Assembly (NCBI GenBank): GCA_021834525.1
Contig: JAKBDK010000011.1
Location: 11,686 to 75,685, forward strand
Length of the DNA: 64,000 nucleotides
Direction of reading: 5' to 3'
From: Pseudomonadota bacterium
Lineage (GTDB): Bacteria; Pseudomonadota; Gammaproteobacteria; Steroidobacterales; Steroidobacteraceae
Positions 49,095 to 57,788 of the stretch are shown here, one piece after another. Each line of letters opens with the position of its first letter. The stretch's first letter is position 1. Below the pieces are notes generated by a model, which saw only the letters and a list, made by a program, of their open reading frames with translations, was not told where the DNA came from and did no database searches. Position numbers and translations under genes: made by a program.

Positions 49095-50639
49095 ATGAAG
49101 CCGATCAGGTCGGTCGTCATCGTCGGCGGAGGAACTGCCGGCTGGCTCACCGCAGGCATCATCGCCGCCCGCCATCAAGCTCGGATGAAGGCGGGCGGCT
49201 TCTCGGTCACGCTGGTCGAGTCGCCCGATATCCGTGCCATAGGCGTCGGGGAGGGCACCTGGCCGACGATGCGCTCGACGTTAGAGCGCATCGGGGTGTC
49301 CGAGACGGCGCTCTTTCGGGAGTGCGATGCGGCCTTCAAGCAGGGCGGGAAGTTCGTCGGCTGGACGACCGGTGCGCCCGGGGATGCGTACTATCACCCG
49401 TTGATGATCCCGCACGGATTCTCGCGCGTGAACCTGGTGCCTCACTGGCTGACCGGCGCGCGCGGCGGGAGCTTCTGCGATTTCGTGACCCCGCAGGGAC
49501 GGCTGTGCGATCAGGGCCTCGCGCCGAAGACGATTGCACAGGGGGAGTATCGCTCGGCGGCGAATTATTCGTATCACCTGGACGCCGGAAAGTTCGGGCC
49601 ATTTCTCGCCAGACACTGCACCGAGACGCTGCGGGTGCGGCACGTCCTCGCCGATGTCACCGCCGTCAGACAGAGCGAATCCGGTGACATCACCGGTCTT
49701 GACACGGCGCAGGCGGGGCACCTCGAGGGCGATCTGTTCGTGGATTGCAGCGGCTTTCACGCCCTGTTGATCGGCCAGACGCTCAAGGTCGATTTCAAGC
49801 CGTGCAACGACGTGTTGCTCTGCGACACCGCCTTGGCGGTGCAGGTACCCTACGAGAGGCCCGATCAGCCGATGGCATCGGAGACGATCGCGACCGCACA
49901 GGCGGCCGGGTGGATCTGGGACATCGGGTTGCCGACTCGGCGCGGGATCGGACACGTGTATTCGAGCCGCCACATGAGTGAGGAGGCGGCGCGCGAGGCG
50001 CTACTCGGCTATATCGGGGCGCAGCACCGGGATTTGCCGGTGCGCAAAATACCGATCCGCTCCGGGCATCGGCAGATTTTCTGGAAGAACAATTGCCTGG
50101 CCGTCGGGCTGGCGCAGGGATTCCTCGAGCCGCTCGAGGCCTCGGCGATCGTCCTGGTGGAGCTGTCGGCGAAACTCCTCTCCGAACAGATGCCGGCGTG
50201 CCGCGAAGTGATGGATATCGTCGCACGACGCTTCAATGAGGTGACGCTGTACCGCTGGGGCCGGATCATCGATTTTCTGAAGCTGCACTACGTGCTCACC
50301 CGACGCACCGATACCGCCTTCTGGCGTGATAATGTCGACCCCGCAACGGTGCCGCAACGGCTTCAGGACATGCTGACGCTGTGGAGGTTCCAGTCGCCGT
50401 GGTTCTTCGATGAGCTCGATCGGCTGGAGGAAGTCTTCCCGGCGGCGAGCTATCAGTACGTGCTGTACGGCATGGATTTTCGCACCGAGGTCGTCCCGGA
50501 GGATCGGGCCGAATCCGCCTCGGACGCCGCGAAGCTGGTAGCGGAGAATGCGCGCATGACCTCCGAACTGTGTGCGCGGCTGCCGAAGAACCGCGAGCTG
50601 TTGAACAGAATCTACCACTACGGGTTGCAGCCCGTTTGA
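49095..50639 (+). CDS. Flavin-dependent tryptophan-halogenase-family protein
   Basis: VVIVGGGTAGWLTAG FAD fold, GVGEGTWP, AAFK (Lys82, aligns with PrnA Lys79 by my manual alignment), GWIWDIG (variant of WxWxIP) and GFLEPLEAS. Starts 4 nt after the TBDR stop. Confidence 0.85.
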   Translation: MKPIRSVVIVGGGTAGWLTAGIIAARHQARMKAGGFSVTLVESPDIRAIGVGEGTWPTMRSTLERIGVSETALFRECDAAFKQGGKFVGWTTGAPGDAYYHPLMIPHGFSRVNLVPHWLTGARGGSFCDFVTPQGRLCDQGLAPKTIAQGEYRSAANYSYHLDAGKFGPFLARHCTETLRVRHVLADVTAVRQSESGDITGLDTAQAGHLEGDLFVDCSGFHALLIGQTLKVDFKPCNDVLLCDTALAVQVPYERPDQPMASETIATAQAAGWIWDIGLPTRRGIGHVYSSRHMSEEAAREALLGYIGAQHRDLPVRKIPIRSGHRQIFWKNNCLAVGLAQGFLEPLEASAIVLVELSAKLLSEQMPACREVMDIVARRFNEVTLYRWGRIIDFLKLHYVLTRRTDTAFWRDNVDPATVPQRLQDMLTLWRFQSPWFFDELDRLEEVFPAASYQYVLYGMDFRTEVVPEDRAESASDAAKLVAENARMTSELCARLPKNRELLNRIYHYGLQPV

Positions 50640-50657
50640 GCGAGCGCGAATCCGCCC

Positions 50658-51395
50658 ATGACCCACATCGTACCGTTGAATATCGAGAAGTACCGTGACC
50701 TGAAGGTCGATGGCCGGCCCGCGGCGGCCCACGGCGACAACCGGCACTTCGTGCAGGTGATCGTCGGGGAGTTCTCGCACCTGCTGGTGCATTATCCGAT
50801 CCTGTTCGGCAAGCACCAGGAGACCGGACGGTTCTTCTGCGGCGCGATGCTCGGGTTCATCGAGGGGGAGAACCAGTTTCTCCAGGATTGGCGCGAGGAG
50901 CCGGAGTTCTATCGGCCGCTCGTCCTGCAGCGGGGGCCGTTCTACGTGCAGGGCCCGGAGCTTGCGATCGATCTGGATGATCCGCGGGTGGGCGCCGAGA
51001 GTGGCCAGCCGTTGTTCACCGAGCAGGGGCAGCCGAGCCGGTACTTGCAGCGCATCATCTGGGCCTTCCAGGATCTGCAGCCGGGGATCGAGCAGACTCA
51101 GATCTTCATCGCCCGGCTGCTCGAGCTGAATCTCATCGAGCCGATCGACATCGAGGTCGAATTCGAGGACGGTACGCTGCGCCACTGCGACGGTCTGTAC
51201 ACGATCAACCAGGAATCGCTCGCGCGGCTCACCGATGCCGTGGTGATCGAGCTGTTCCGGCGCGGTTACCTGGCGCTCATCTATATGTTGATCGACTCGT
51301 TGAAGCAGGTGCGGGTGATGGCGCGCACGAAAAACGCGCGCTTGCTGAAGACGACCGAGGGGCTGGTGCCGGCGCAGAGCGCCTTCGGCGAGTGA
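50658..51395 (+). CDS. SapC-family protein
   Basis: IVPLNIEKYRDLKV … HYPILFGK … general SapC pattern, plus the typical genomic association with a TBDR and a halogenase-like gene. Confidence 0.68.
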   Translation: MTHIVPLNIEKYRDLKVDGRPAAAHGDNRHFVQVIVGEFSHLLVHYPILFGKHQETGRFFCGAMLGFIEGENQFLQDWREEPEFYRPLVLQRGPFYVQGPELAIDLDDPRVGAESGQPLFTEQGQPSRYLQRIIWAFQDLQPGIEQTQIFIARLLELNLIEPIDIEVEFEDGTLRHCDGLYTINQESLARLTDAVVIELFRRGYLALIYMLIDSLKQVRVMARTKNARLLKTTEGLVPAQSAFGE

Positions 51396-51426
51396 TCGCC
51401 TCGCGCCGATGCGGATCGGCGGCGAA

Positions 51427-52455
51427 TCAGCCGGCGCGTGGGTTCGTCGCGGTGATCCGCCGCACCGAATCGCGCCAGAGGATCTTCGTGGCAATCTCCC
51501 GCTCGACGGGCAACGCCGACCCGTAGCACAGGTTCAGCAACCGGTGCACGGCGTTGGTCGCGATCTCGACCCAGGGAATGAGCACCGTGGTGAGCGGAGG
51601 CGCGGCGACGGCCGAGAGGTCGATGTTGTCGTAACCCATGACCGAGATGTCCTTCGGCACCGATATCCCGCGCTGGCTCAGGTACGAGAGCGCGCCGATC
51701 GCCATTTCGTCGTTCGCACAGAACAGTGCCGTGAACGACACCTTCGACTCGAGCAGCGTGTGCGTGCCGGAGCGGCCGCTCTCGGGCGTGAAATTTCCAT
51801 GCACGCGCGGCAGCGCCTCGACGTCGACGCCGTACTCGGCGAGCGTCTCGTAGAACCCGCGCATGCGCAGCGCACTGTCGCGCGATTCCTTCGGTCCTTC
51901 GATGACCGCAAGACGCCGGTGACCGGCTTCGCACAGCGTGCGCGCGGCGAGCGCGCCCGCGGCACGGTGATCGGGGTTGAAACACTGCTCCTGCAGGTGC
52001 GGCAGGCTGCGGTTCAGCAGCACGAAATTGCGCTGTAACCGGGTGATGTGTTCCGCATCGGAGGAGGCGAGCGCCGTGCCCATCAGCAGCAGCCCGTCGC
52101 AGCCGCGGTCGGTGAGGAATTCCGCACCGGCCAGGGCTTCTTTGCGCTCATCGTGCGGCTCCAGGCCGAAGTTCACCACCATGTGACACTGCTCGGCGTG
52201 CAGCGCGAGGAAGATCGCATGCAGGATCGGGGTGTAGAACGATCCGGAGACCACCGGGATGAACACGCCGATCATGCGTGAGTGGCCCTTCTGCAGGACG
52301 CGTGCGGCATGCGAGGGGCGGTACTGCAGCGCCTCGATCGCCTGGGTCACCCGCTTGATGGCATCCTGGGAGACGGGGCCCTTGCCGGCGATGACGCGCG
52401 ATGCTGTACCAACACCGACTCCGGCGAGCTTGGCCACGTCTTTGATGGTTGCCAT
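51427..52455 (-). CDS. LacI-family transcriptional regulator
   Basis: MATIKDVAKLAGVGVGTASRVI HTH followed by a periplasmic-binding-protein-like sugar-binding core. Confidence 0.92.
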   Translation of the reverse strand: MATIKDVAKLAGVGVGTASRVIAGKGPVSQDAIKRVTQAIEALQYRPSHAARVLQKGHSRMIGVFIPVVSGSFYTPILHAIFLALHAEQCHMVVNFGLEPHDERKEALAGAEFLTDRGCDGLLLMGTALASSDAEHITRLQRNFVLLNRSLPHLQEQCFNPDHRAAGALAARTLCEAGHRRLAVIEGPKESRDSALRMRGFYETLAEYGVDVEALPRVHGNFTPESGRSGTHTLLESKVSFTALFCANDEMAIGALSYLSQRGISVPKDISVMGYDNIDLSAVAAPPLTTVLIPWVEIATNAVHRLLNLCYGSALPVEREIATKILWRDSVRRITATNPRAG

Positions 52456-52461
52456 CTGTAT

Positions 52462-52470
52462 ATATTATCA
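52462..52470 (-). promoter_or_regulatory. Extended -10 element (TGaTAATAT) positioned for a leaderless LacI-family mRNA
   Basis: On the minus strand, TAATAT occupies -12..-7 relative to the A of the ATG (52455), with TG at -15/-14. No SD. Confidence 0.5.
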
Positions 52471-52538
52471 GAAGAATCCGTGCGCAGCCGGTCGCCACCG
52501 ACCTGACACGTGCGTCAACGGACCGGCGGTGGGCAGTG

Positions 52539-52567
52539 CAGACACCGGCGGGGAATGTCCCTAGAAT
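52539..52567 (+). promoter_or_regulatory. Candidate promoter of the ptp gene
   Basis: CAGACA (52539-44), 17 nt, TAGAAT (52562-67). AAGGG SD lies before ATG 52588. Confidence 0.35.
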
Positions 52568-52587
52568 TTGCCGCAATCAAGGGTTGG

Positions 52588-53079
52588 ATGGGCAGGGCCA
52601 CGGTGAAGATTCTGTTCGTGTGTCTGGGTAACATCTGCCGCTCGCCGACGGCGGAGGGCGTGTTCCGCGCGATGGCGGCACGCGAGCTGCCCGAGGTGGC
52701 ACTCACCGTCGACTCGGCCGGCACGGCCGACTATCACGCCGGGGAGGCACCGGACAGACGCACGTGCGAGGCGGCGCTGCGGCGCGGGTATGACCTCTCT
52801 GGATTGCGCGCGCGGGTGGTCGAGCCGCGCGATTTCCAGGTGTTCGATCTGATGCTCGCCATGGACCGGCAGAACCTCGAGACGCTGAAGCGGCAGGCGC
52901 CGGTACAGGCGCGCGGACGGGTGCGGTTGCTGCTGGAATTTGCGCCGCAGTGCGGCCTGCTCGAGGTGCCGGATCCGTACTACGGTGGGGTGAATGGTTT
53001 CGAACAGGTGCTCGACCTGATCGAGGCCGCCTCGCTCGGCCTGTGCGCTGCGTTGCGCAGCGGGGCGTTGGCGCCCTAA
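52588..53079 (+). CDS. ptp: Low-molecular-weight protein-tyrosine phosphatase
   Basis: ILFVCLGNICRSPTAEGV P-loop (CX5R-S) and DPYYGG. Confidence 0.9.
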   Translation: MGRATVKILFVCLGNICRSPTAEGVFRAMAARELPEVALTVDSAGTADYHAGEAPDRRTCEAALRRGYDLSGLRARVVEPRDFQVFDLMLAMDRQNLETLKRQAPVQARGRVRLLLEFAPQCGLLEVPDPYYGGVNGFEQVLDLIEAASLGLCAALRSGALAP

Positions 53080-53088
53080 CCACCCATG

Positions 53089-53117
53089 CCCCCTGGGACG
53101 CGGCGCGTCCCAGGGGG
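53089..53117. terminator. Perfect 13-bp hairpin between convergent ptp and rne
   Basis: CCCCCTGGGACGC-GGC-GCGTCCCAGGGGG. No flanking U-tract on either strand. Confidence 0.5.
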
Positions 53118-53124
53118 CTGAGGC

Positions 53125-55725
53125 TTATTCCTCGGTGCCGCGCCGAGGAGGGGTCCACTCCGCCGGCGCAGAGGTCCACACCACGTGCGGCTTGCCGTCC
53201 TGTCCGCCAGCCGCCGGTGCTGAGACGGGCTCGACGTGCACCGCGGCCGGCTTCGGCTCCTCGTGCCAGGTCGCGACCCTCTCCTCGCGCACCGGAGCCG
53301 GCGGCGGCACACTCGGCGCCGCCGGTACGGCGGGACTCGCGAAGGTCGGCTCGGGCGGCCGGAACGCGGCGGGCGGTGACTCGAAGGCGCCGCGGGTGTC
53401 CCGCTCGGCCGGCCGCGCCGGTGGCTCATGCCGCTCGGTCGGGGCAAAGTCCGGTGAGGCCTCGCGGACGGCACCGCCTTCGTTCAGGCGGCCGTCGTTC
53501 GGGCGGCCTTCGCCCGGTGCGTTTTCACCCCGCGCCCCGCCACGCCGGCCACCCCGGCGTCCGCGGCGGCGGCCGCGCCGCTCACCGCGCTCGGAGGCCG
53601 GTCGCTCGCCGCCGGCGGCTGCGGGTTCGCTCGGGCCGCTGCCGCCCGTGGGGGCTGCCACCGGCGCTTCAGGCGGCCGATGGGAGCTCAGATCGCGTTC
53701 CCGATCACGATCCCGATCGCGCGGACGTCGATCGGAACGATCGCGCCGGCCTTCGCCATGGCGACCGTCGGCGCTGCGGCCTTCGGTGTTGCGACCTTCG
53801 GTATTGCGGCCTTCGGCGTTGCGGGCTTCGCCCTGCGGGCGGCGATTGCCCTCGCCGCGGTTTCCTTCCCCGCGGCCGCCATCGTTGCGGCGGCCCGACC
53901 GTCCGGAGTCCCGGCGTCCGTCACGGCCGCGATCTCCGCGTTCGTTGCGGCGATGCGGACTGCGCGGTGCCGGGGCCGGAGCCGGAGCCGGCGCACTCGT
54001 CGTCGGTTCGCTCTCCGCGGCAAACAGACCCTTCAGTCGCGTCCACAGTCCCTTGGCCGGCCGCGATTCGGCCGGTGCGCTCGGGACCGGGTGGGGCGCT
54101 GCGAGGGTCACCGGCGCCGGCGTGCTCGGCATGATCGGAACGACCGCAGGCACTTCGGCCGCAGGGCGCTGGTCACGGGCGCTGCCGGGCTCGGTGACCT
54201 CCGGCGGTGCCGGGATCAGGTAGCTGGTCTGGCGGTTCTCCGGCAACTCCATCTCATCGTCGCGCACGCGCTTGATCGAGTACTCGGGCGTCTGGATGTG
54301 CGGATTCGGCACGATGATCAGTTCCGCCTCGCTCTTGTCCTCGAGCGTGCGCAGCCATTCGCGCTTCTCGTTGAACAGGAACGTCGCGACGTCCACCGGC
54401 AGCTGCGTGATCACCTTGGTGGTGCGGTCCTTGCGCAGCTCCTCGCCGATCAGGCGCAGGATCGCGAGCGCCATCGACTCGACGCTGCGAATGCTGCCGA
54501 TCCCGACGCAGCGCGGGCAGACGATGTGACTCGATTCACCGAGCGAGGGACGCAGGCGCTGGCGGGACATCTCGAGCAGTCCGAAGCGCGAGAGCTTGCC
54601 GATCTGAATGCGCGCGCGGTCCATCTTCATCGCATCGCGCAGTCGATCCTCGACTTCGCGCTGGTTCTTGCTCGACTCCATGTCGATGAAGTCGATGACG
54701 ATCAGGCCGCCGATGTCGCGGATGCGCAGCTGGCGGGCGATCTCATCGGCCGCCTCGAGATTGGTGTTGAGCGCGGTGGTCTCGATGTCGCTGCCCTTGG
54801 TCGCGCGCGCGGAGTTGATGTCGATCGACACCAGCGCCTCGGTGTAGTCGATGACGATGCTGCCGCCGGACGGCAGCTGCACCTTGTGCGCGTAGGCCGA
54901 TTCGATCTGACTTTCGATCTGGAAGCGGGTGAACAGCGGGATGTCATCGACGTACTGCTTCAGGCGCCGCTGGGCATCGGCGGGCATGAAGCGCTGCATG
55001 TACTCCTGGGCCTTCTGGAAGGCATCGTTGTCGTCGACCAGGACCTCGACGATGTCATCGGAGAGGTAATCGCGCAGCGCCCGCGTCACCGCATCGCTCT
55101 CGCGGTACACCAGGAACGGGGCCGGCTTGCCCTCGGCGGCCGCGGCAATCTGGTCCCACTGCGACTTGAGGTTATCGAGGTCCCACTGCAGCTCCTCGGC
55201 GCTGCGTCCGACTCCGGCGGTGCGCACGATCGCGCCCATTCCGTCGGGAATCTGCAGCTGGTTCATCACCTCGCGCATCTGGTCGCGGTCTTCGCCCTCG
55301 ATGCGGCGCGAGACGCCGCCGGCGCGCGGGTTGTTCGGCATCAGCACCAGGAAGCGCCCGGCCAAGCTGAGGAACGTGGTGAGAGCGGCGCCCTTGTTGC
55401 CGCGCTCCTCCTTCTCGACCTGAACGATGAGTTCCTGTCCCTCGAAGAGCAGTTCGCGGATGTTCATCCGCCCGCCTTGAGACGACTGGCGGAAGTAGTC
55501 CTTGGTGACTTCCTTCAGCGGCAGAAAACCATGGCGCGTCGCTCCGTAGTCGACGAAGCAGGCTTCCAGGGAGGGTTCGATGCGGGAGATTCGACCTTTG
55601 TAGACGTTCGCTTTCTTTTGTTCGCGGGAGGGTATGTCGATACTGAGGTCAAAGAGCTTCTGTCCATCGACCAGCGCGACTCTCAGCTCCTCTTCCTGAG
55701 TCGCATTCACGAGCATTCTTTTCAT
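53125..55725 (-). CDS. rne: Ribonuclease E
   Basis: [27 protein letters not shown]…, S1 domain, catalytic core (…DFIDM…, CPRCxG Zn-link). Arg/Pro/Glu-rich repetitive C-terminal scaffold. Confidence 0.95.
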   Translation of the reverse strand: MKRMLVNATQEEELRVALVDGQKLFDLSIDIPSREQKKANVYKGRISRIEPSLEACFVDYGATRHGFLPLKEVTKDYFRQSSQGGRMNIRELLFEGQELIVQVEKEERGNKGAALTTFLSLAGRFLVLMPNNPRAGGVSRRIEGEDRDQMREVMNQLQIPDGMGAIVRTAGVGRSAEELQWDLDNLKSQWDQIAAAAEGKPAPFLVYRESDAVTRALRDYLSDDIVEVLVDDNDAFQKAQEYMQRFMPADAQRRLKQYVDDIPLFTRFQIESQIESAYAHKVQLPSGGSIVIDYTEALVSIDINSARATKGSDIETTALNTNLEAADEIARQLRIRDIGGLIVIDFIDMESSKNQREVEDRLRDAMKMDRARIQIGKLSRFGLLEMSRQRLRPSLGESSHIVCPRCVGIGSIRSVESMALAILRLIGEELRKDRTTKVITQLPVDVATFLFNEKREWLRTLEDKSEAELIIVPNPHIQTPEYSIKRVRDDEMELPENRQTSYLIPAPPEVTEPGSARDQRPAAEVPAVVPIMPSTPAPVTLAAPHPVPSAPAESRPAKGLWTRLKGLFAAESEPTTSAPAPAPAPAPRSPHRRNERGDRGRDGRRDSGRSGRRNDGGRGEGNRGEGNRRPQGEARNAEGRNTEGRNTEGRSADGRHGEGRRDRSDRRPRDRDRDRERDLSSHRPPEAPVAAPTGGSGPSEPAAAGGERPASERGERRGRRRGRRGGRRGGARGENAPGEGRPNDGRLNEGGAVREASPDFAPTERHEPPARPAERDTRGAFESPPAAFRPPEPTFASPAVPAAPSVPPPAPVREERVATWHEEPKPAAVHVEPVSAPAAGGQDGKPHVVWTSAPAEWTPPRRGTEE
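53761..53835 (-). repeat. 15-nt (5-codon) tandem repeat inside the rne C-terminal scaffold region
   Basis: Plus-strand units are gcggccttcggtgtt / gcgaccttcggtatt / gcggccttcggcgtt, flanked by two degenerate copies. They encode …[20 protein letters not shown]…. Confidence 0.8.
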
Positions 55726-56098
55726 GTGCCCCTACTGTTGTACGGTGAGGGGCCGGCAAGCACACGGGAGGCCGCGGCGCAAGAGCGCCGCAGCGGCGAA
55801 GATTTCTGCGACTCGGCGCGTGAGCTCGAGTCTCTCTCATCACAATGCACGCCACGTCATAGGCGGGTGCCGGAAATCCTTCGACGGTCTCAACCGGAGC
55901 CGCCTCGCGCGGAACCTGTTTCAGCGGTTCTACGCCCGGGGCGTTCTTGTCGGCCCGATACGATGGCCTCTCTCATGGAGGTCCAACTAACATGCGGCGG
56001 GGGTACCCGCCAACCATTGGTGCGCCCGCGCAGCGGACGGCCGGCGGAGTATACTGCAAGGATTGCTGTAGAAACAGTGTCTTACGCGGAAGAGTGCG

Positions 56099-57082
56099 GT
56101 GTCCGAGACGAATGTGACCGAGGGGCGCACCGCCGTGCGCTATTTGGACGTGGGCGCGGACGAGGCCGGGCAGCGGCTCGACCGCTTTCTCGCCCAGCAT
56201 CTGCCGGGGGTGCCGCACACGCGCCTGTTCCGCATCATCCGCAAGGGCGAGGTGCGATTGAACGGCCGGCGGACCACTCCGGAGGCGCGGCTCGCCGTGA
56301 GCGACCGGATCCGGGTGCCGCCGCTGCGCCTCGAGGCGCCCGGGGCGGCGGCGGCGCGGCGCGGCCCGTCGGCGGAGCTGATCGAGACGGTTCGCCGCGC
56401 CATCATCCACGAGGATGCGCGGCTGCTGGTGATCGACAAGCCGGCCGGCATTGCCGTGCACGGTGGCAGCGGAATCGAATTCGGCCTGATCGAGGCGCTG
56501 CGCGCGCTGCGTCCGGAGGAGTCACTGGAGCTGGTGCACCGGCTCGACCGCGACACCAGCGGTTGTCTGCTCGTGGCGCGCACGCCGGCGGCCCTGCGCG
56601 CCGCGCATGCGGTGCTGCGCGAAGGGGTGAGCGACAAGCGCTACCTGGCGCTGGTGTGCGGGCGCTGGGAACTCGGGCGCAAGCGGATCGACGTGCCGCT
56701 GCACACCGAGACCCGGGTGAGCGGGGAGCGGACGGTGCGGGTGGGGGCGGGCGGCAAGCCCTCGGTGAGCGACTTCCGGCCGGTGCAGATCTTCGGGCGG
56801 CGCAGCCTCGGGGCGTCAATCGCCAGTCTGCTCGAGGTGACGCTGCATACCGGACGGACGCATCAGATCCGGGTGCATGCGGCGTACGCCGGGCATCCGG
56901 TGGCCGGCGACCCGAAGTATGGCGATGAGGCCTGCAACGCCGCACTGCGCGAACGGGGTCTGAACCGGATGTTCCTGCACGCTCACAGCATGAGCTTCGA
57001 GTGGCCGGATGGGACGACCTTCAGTGCCAGCGCGCCACTGCCGCCGGAGCTCTCCGCGGTGCTCAGCCGGCTCGAGCGCTGA
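56099..57082 (+). CDS. rluC: 23S rRNA pseudouridine synthase RluC
   Basis: S4 domain (RLDRFLAQHLPGVPHTRLFRIIRKGEVRLNG) and catalytic HRLDRDTSG. Divergent from rne, as in E. coli. GTG start. Confidence 0.88.
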   Translation: MSETNVTEGRTAVRYLDVGADEAGQRLDRFLAQHLPGVPHTRLFRIIRKGEVRLNGRRTTPEARLAVSDRIRVPPLRLEAPGAAAARRGPSAELIETVRRAIIHEDARLLVIDKPAGIAVHGGSGIEFGLIEALRALRPEESLELVHRLDRDTSGCLLVARTPAALRAAHAVLREGVSDKRYLALVCGRWELGRKRIDVPLHTETRVSGERTVRVGAGGKPSVSDFRPVQIFGRRSLGASIASLLEVTLHTGRTHQIRVHAAYAGHPVAGDPKYGDEACNAALRERGLNRMFLHAHSMSFEWPDGTTFSASAPLPPELSAVLSRLER

Positions 57083-57111
57083 GGCCCGCGCCGAGGCCCG
57101 CGCCGAGGGGC

Positions 57112-57690
57112 TTAGGGCACCGGGCAGCCGGCGGTGCGCAGTGCCTCGGCGAGCCAGATCAGCGGCAGCCCGATCAGCGCGGTGGGATCGACGCTCTCGA
57201 TGCGCTCGAACAGCGCGATGCCGAGCCCCTCGGCGCGAAATCCACCGGCGCAGTCGAAGGGCTGCTCGGCCGCGACGTAGCGCTCGATCTGCTCGGGACT
57301 GAGGGTGCGGAACGCGACGGTGGTGGTGTCGAGGTGCACCTGGCGGACCGTGCCGCCGGCCCCGAGCAGCGCGCAGCCGGTGAAAAAGCGCACCCGCGCG
57401 CCGCTTGCGGCCGTGAGCTGCGCGCGGCAGCGGGCGGCATCGCCGGGCTTGTCGAGCACCTCGGCGCCGAGTGCGGCCACCTGATCGCTGCCGATGACGA
57501 GGGCGTGCGGAAAGCGGTCGGCGACCGCCTGCGCCTTGGCGAGGGCGAGCCGTGCGGCCCGGTCGGCCGGCAGCTCCCCGGGAACGTACGTCTCCGGGTC
57601 GCCCGGGGCGACGGTGGTGAAGGGTCGTTGCAGCCGTTCGAGCAGCGCGCGGCGGTAGACGGAGGTCGAGGCAAGGATCAGTTCGGGCAT
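57112..57690 (-). CDS. yceF: Maf-like nucleoside-triphosphate pyrophosphatase (YceF type)
   Basis: LILASTSVYRRALLERL N-terminus and GSDQV. Divergent from yceD, as in E. coli. Confidence 0.85.
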   Translation of the reverse strand: MPELILASTSVYRRALLERLQRPFTTVAPGDPETYVPGELPADRAARLALAKAQAVADRFPHALVIGSDQVAALGAEVLDKPGDAARCRAQLTAASGARVRFFTGCALLGAGGTVRQVHLDTTTVAFRTLSPEQIERYVAAEQPFDCAGGFRAEGLGIALFERIESVDPTALIGLPLIWLAEALRTAGCPVP

Positions 57691-57750
57691 GGTGCGGCAC
57701 GTCGGGCCGATTCGGCTCTCGGAAACAATGACTTAAGGATTCACCGGCTT

Positions 57751-57779
57751 TTGACTTGCCGGGACCTGATACCTATTAT
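57751..57779 (+). promoter_or_regulatory. Candidate sigma-70 promoter of yceD-rpmF-plsX-fabH
   Basis: TTGACT (57751-56), 17 nt, TATTAT (57774-79). The predicted +1 lies only about 3 nt before the yceD ATG. Confidence 0.5.
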
Positions 57780-57788
57780 ACGCGCCCC

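Noticed and set aside
53680-56928. 1082-aa plus-strand ORF running antisense through rne, across the rne-rluC intergenic region and out of frame through rluC
   Set aside because: It would have to ignore two strongly supported genes and a promoter region, and the translation is Arg/Ala/Gly-rich with no motif. It is notable only as an extreme case of stop-free non-coding frames.
57083-57106. Tandem 12-mer GGCCCGCGCCGA x2 between convergent rluC and yceF
   Set aside because: Only two copies in a 29-nt spacer, with no hairpin or known motif. Most likely a local duplication of no demonstrable function.
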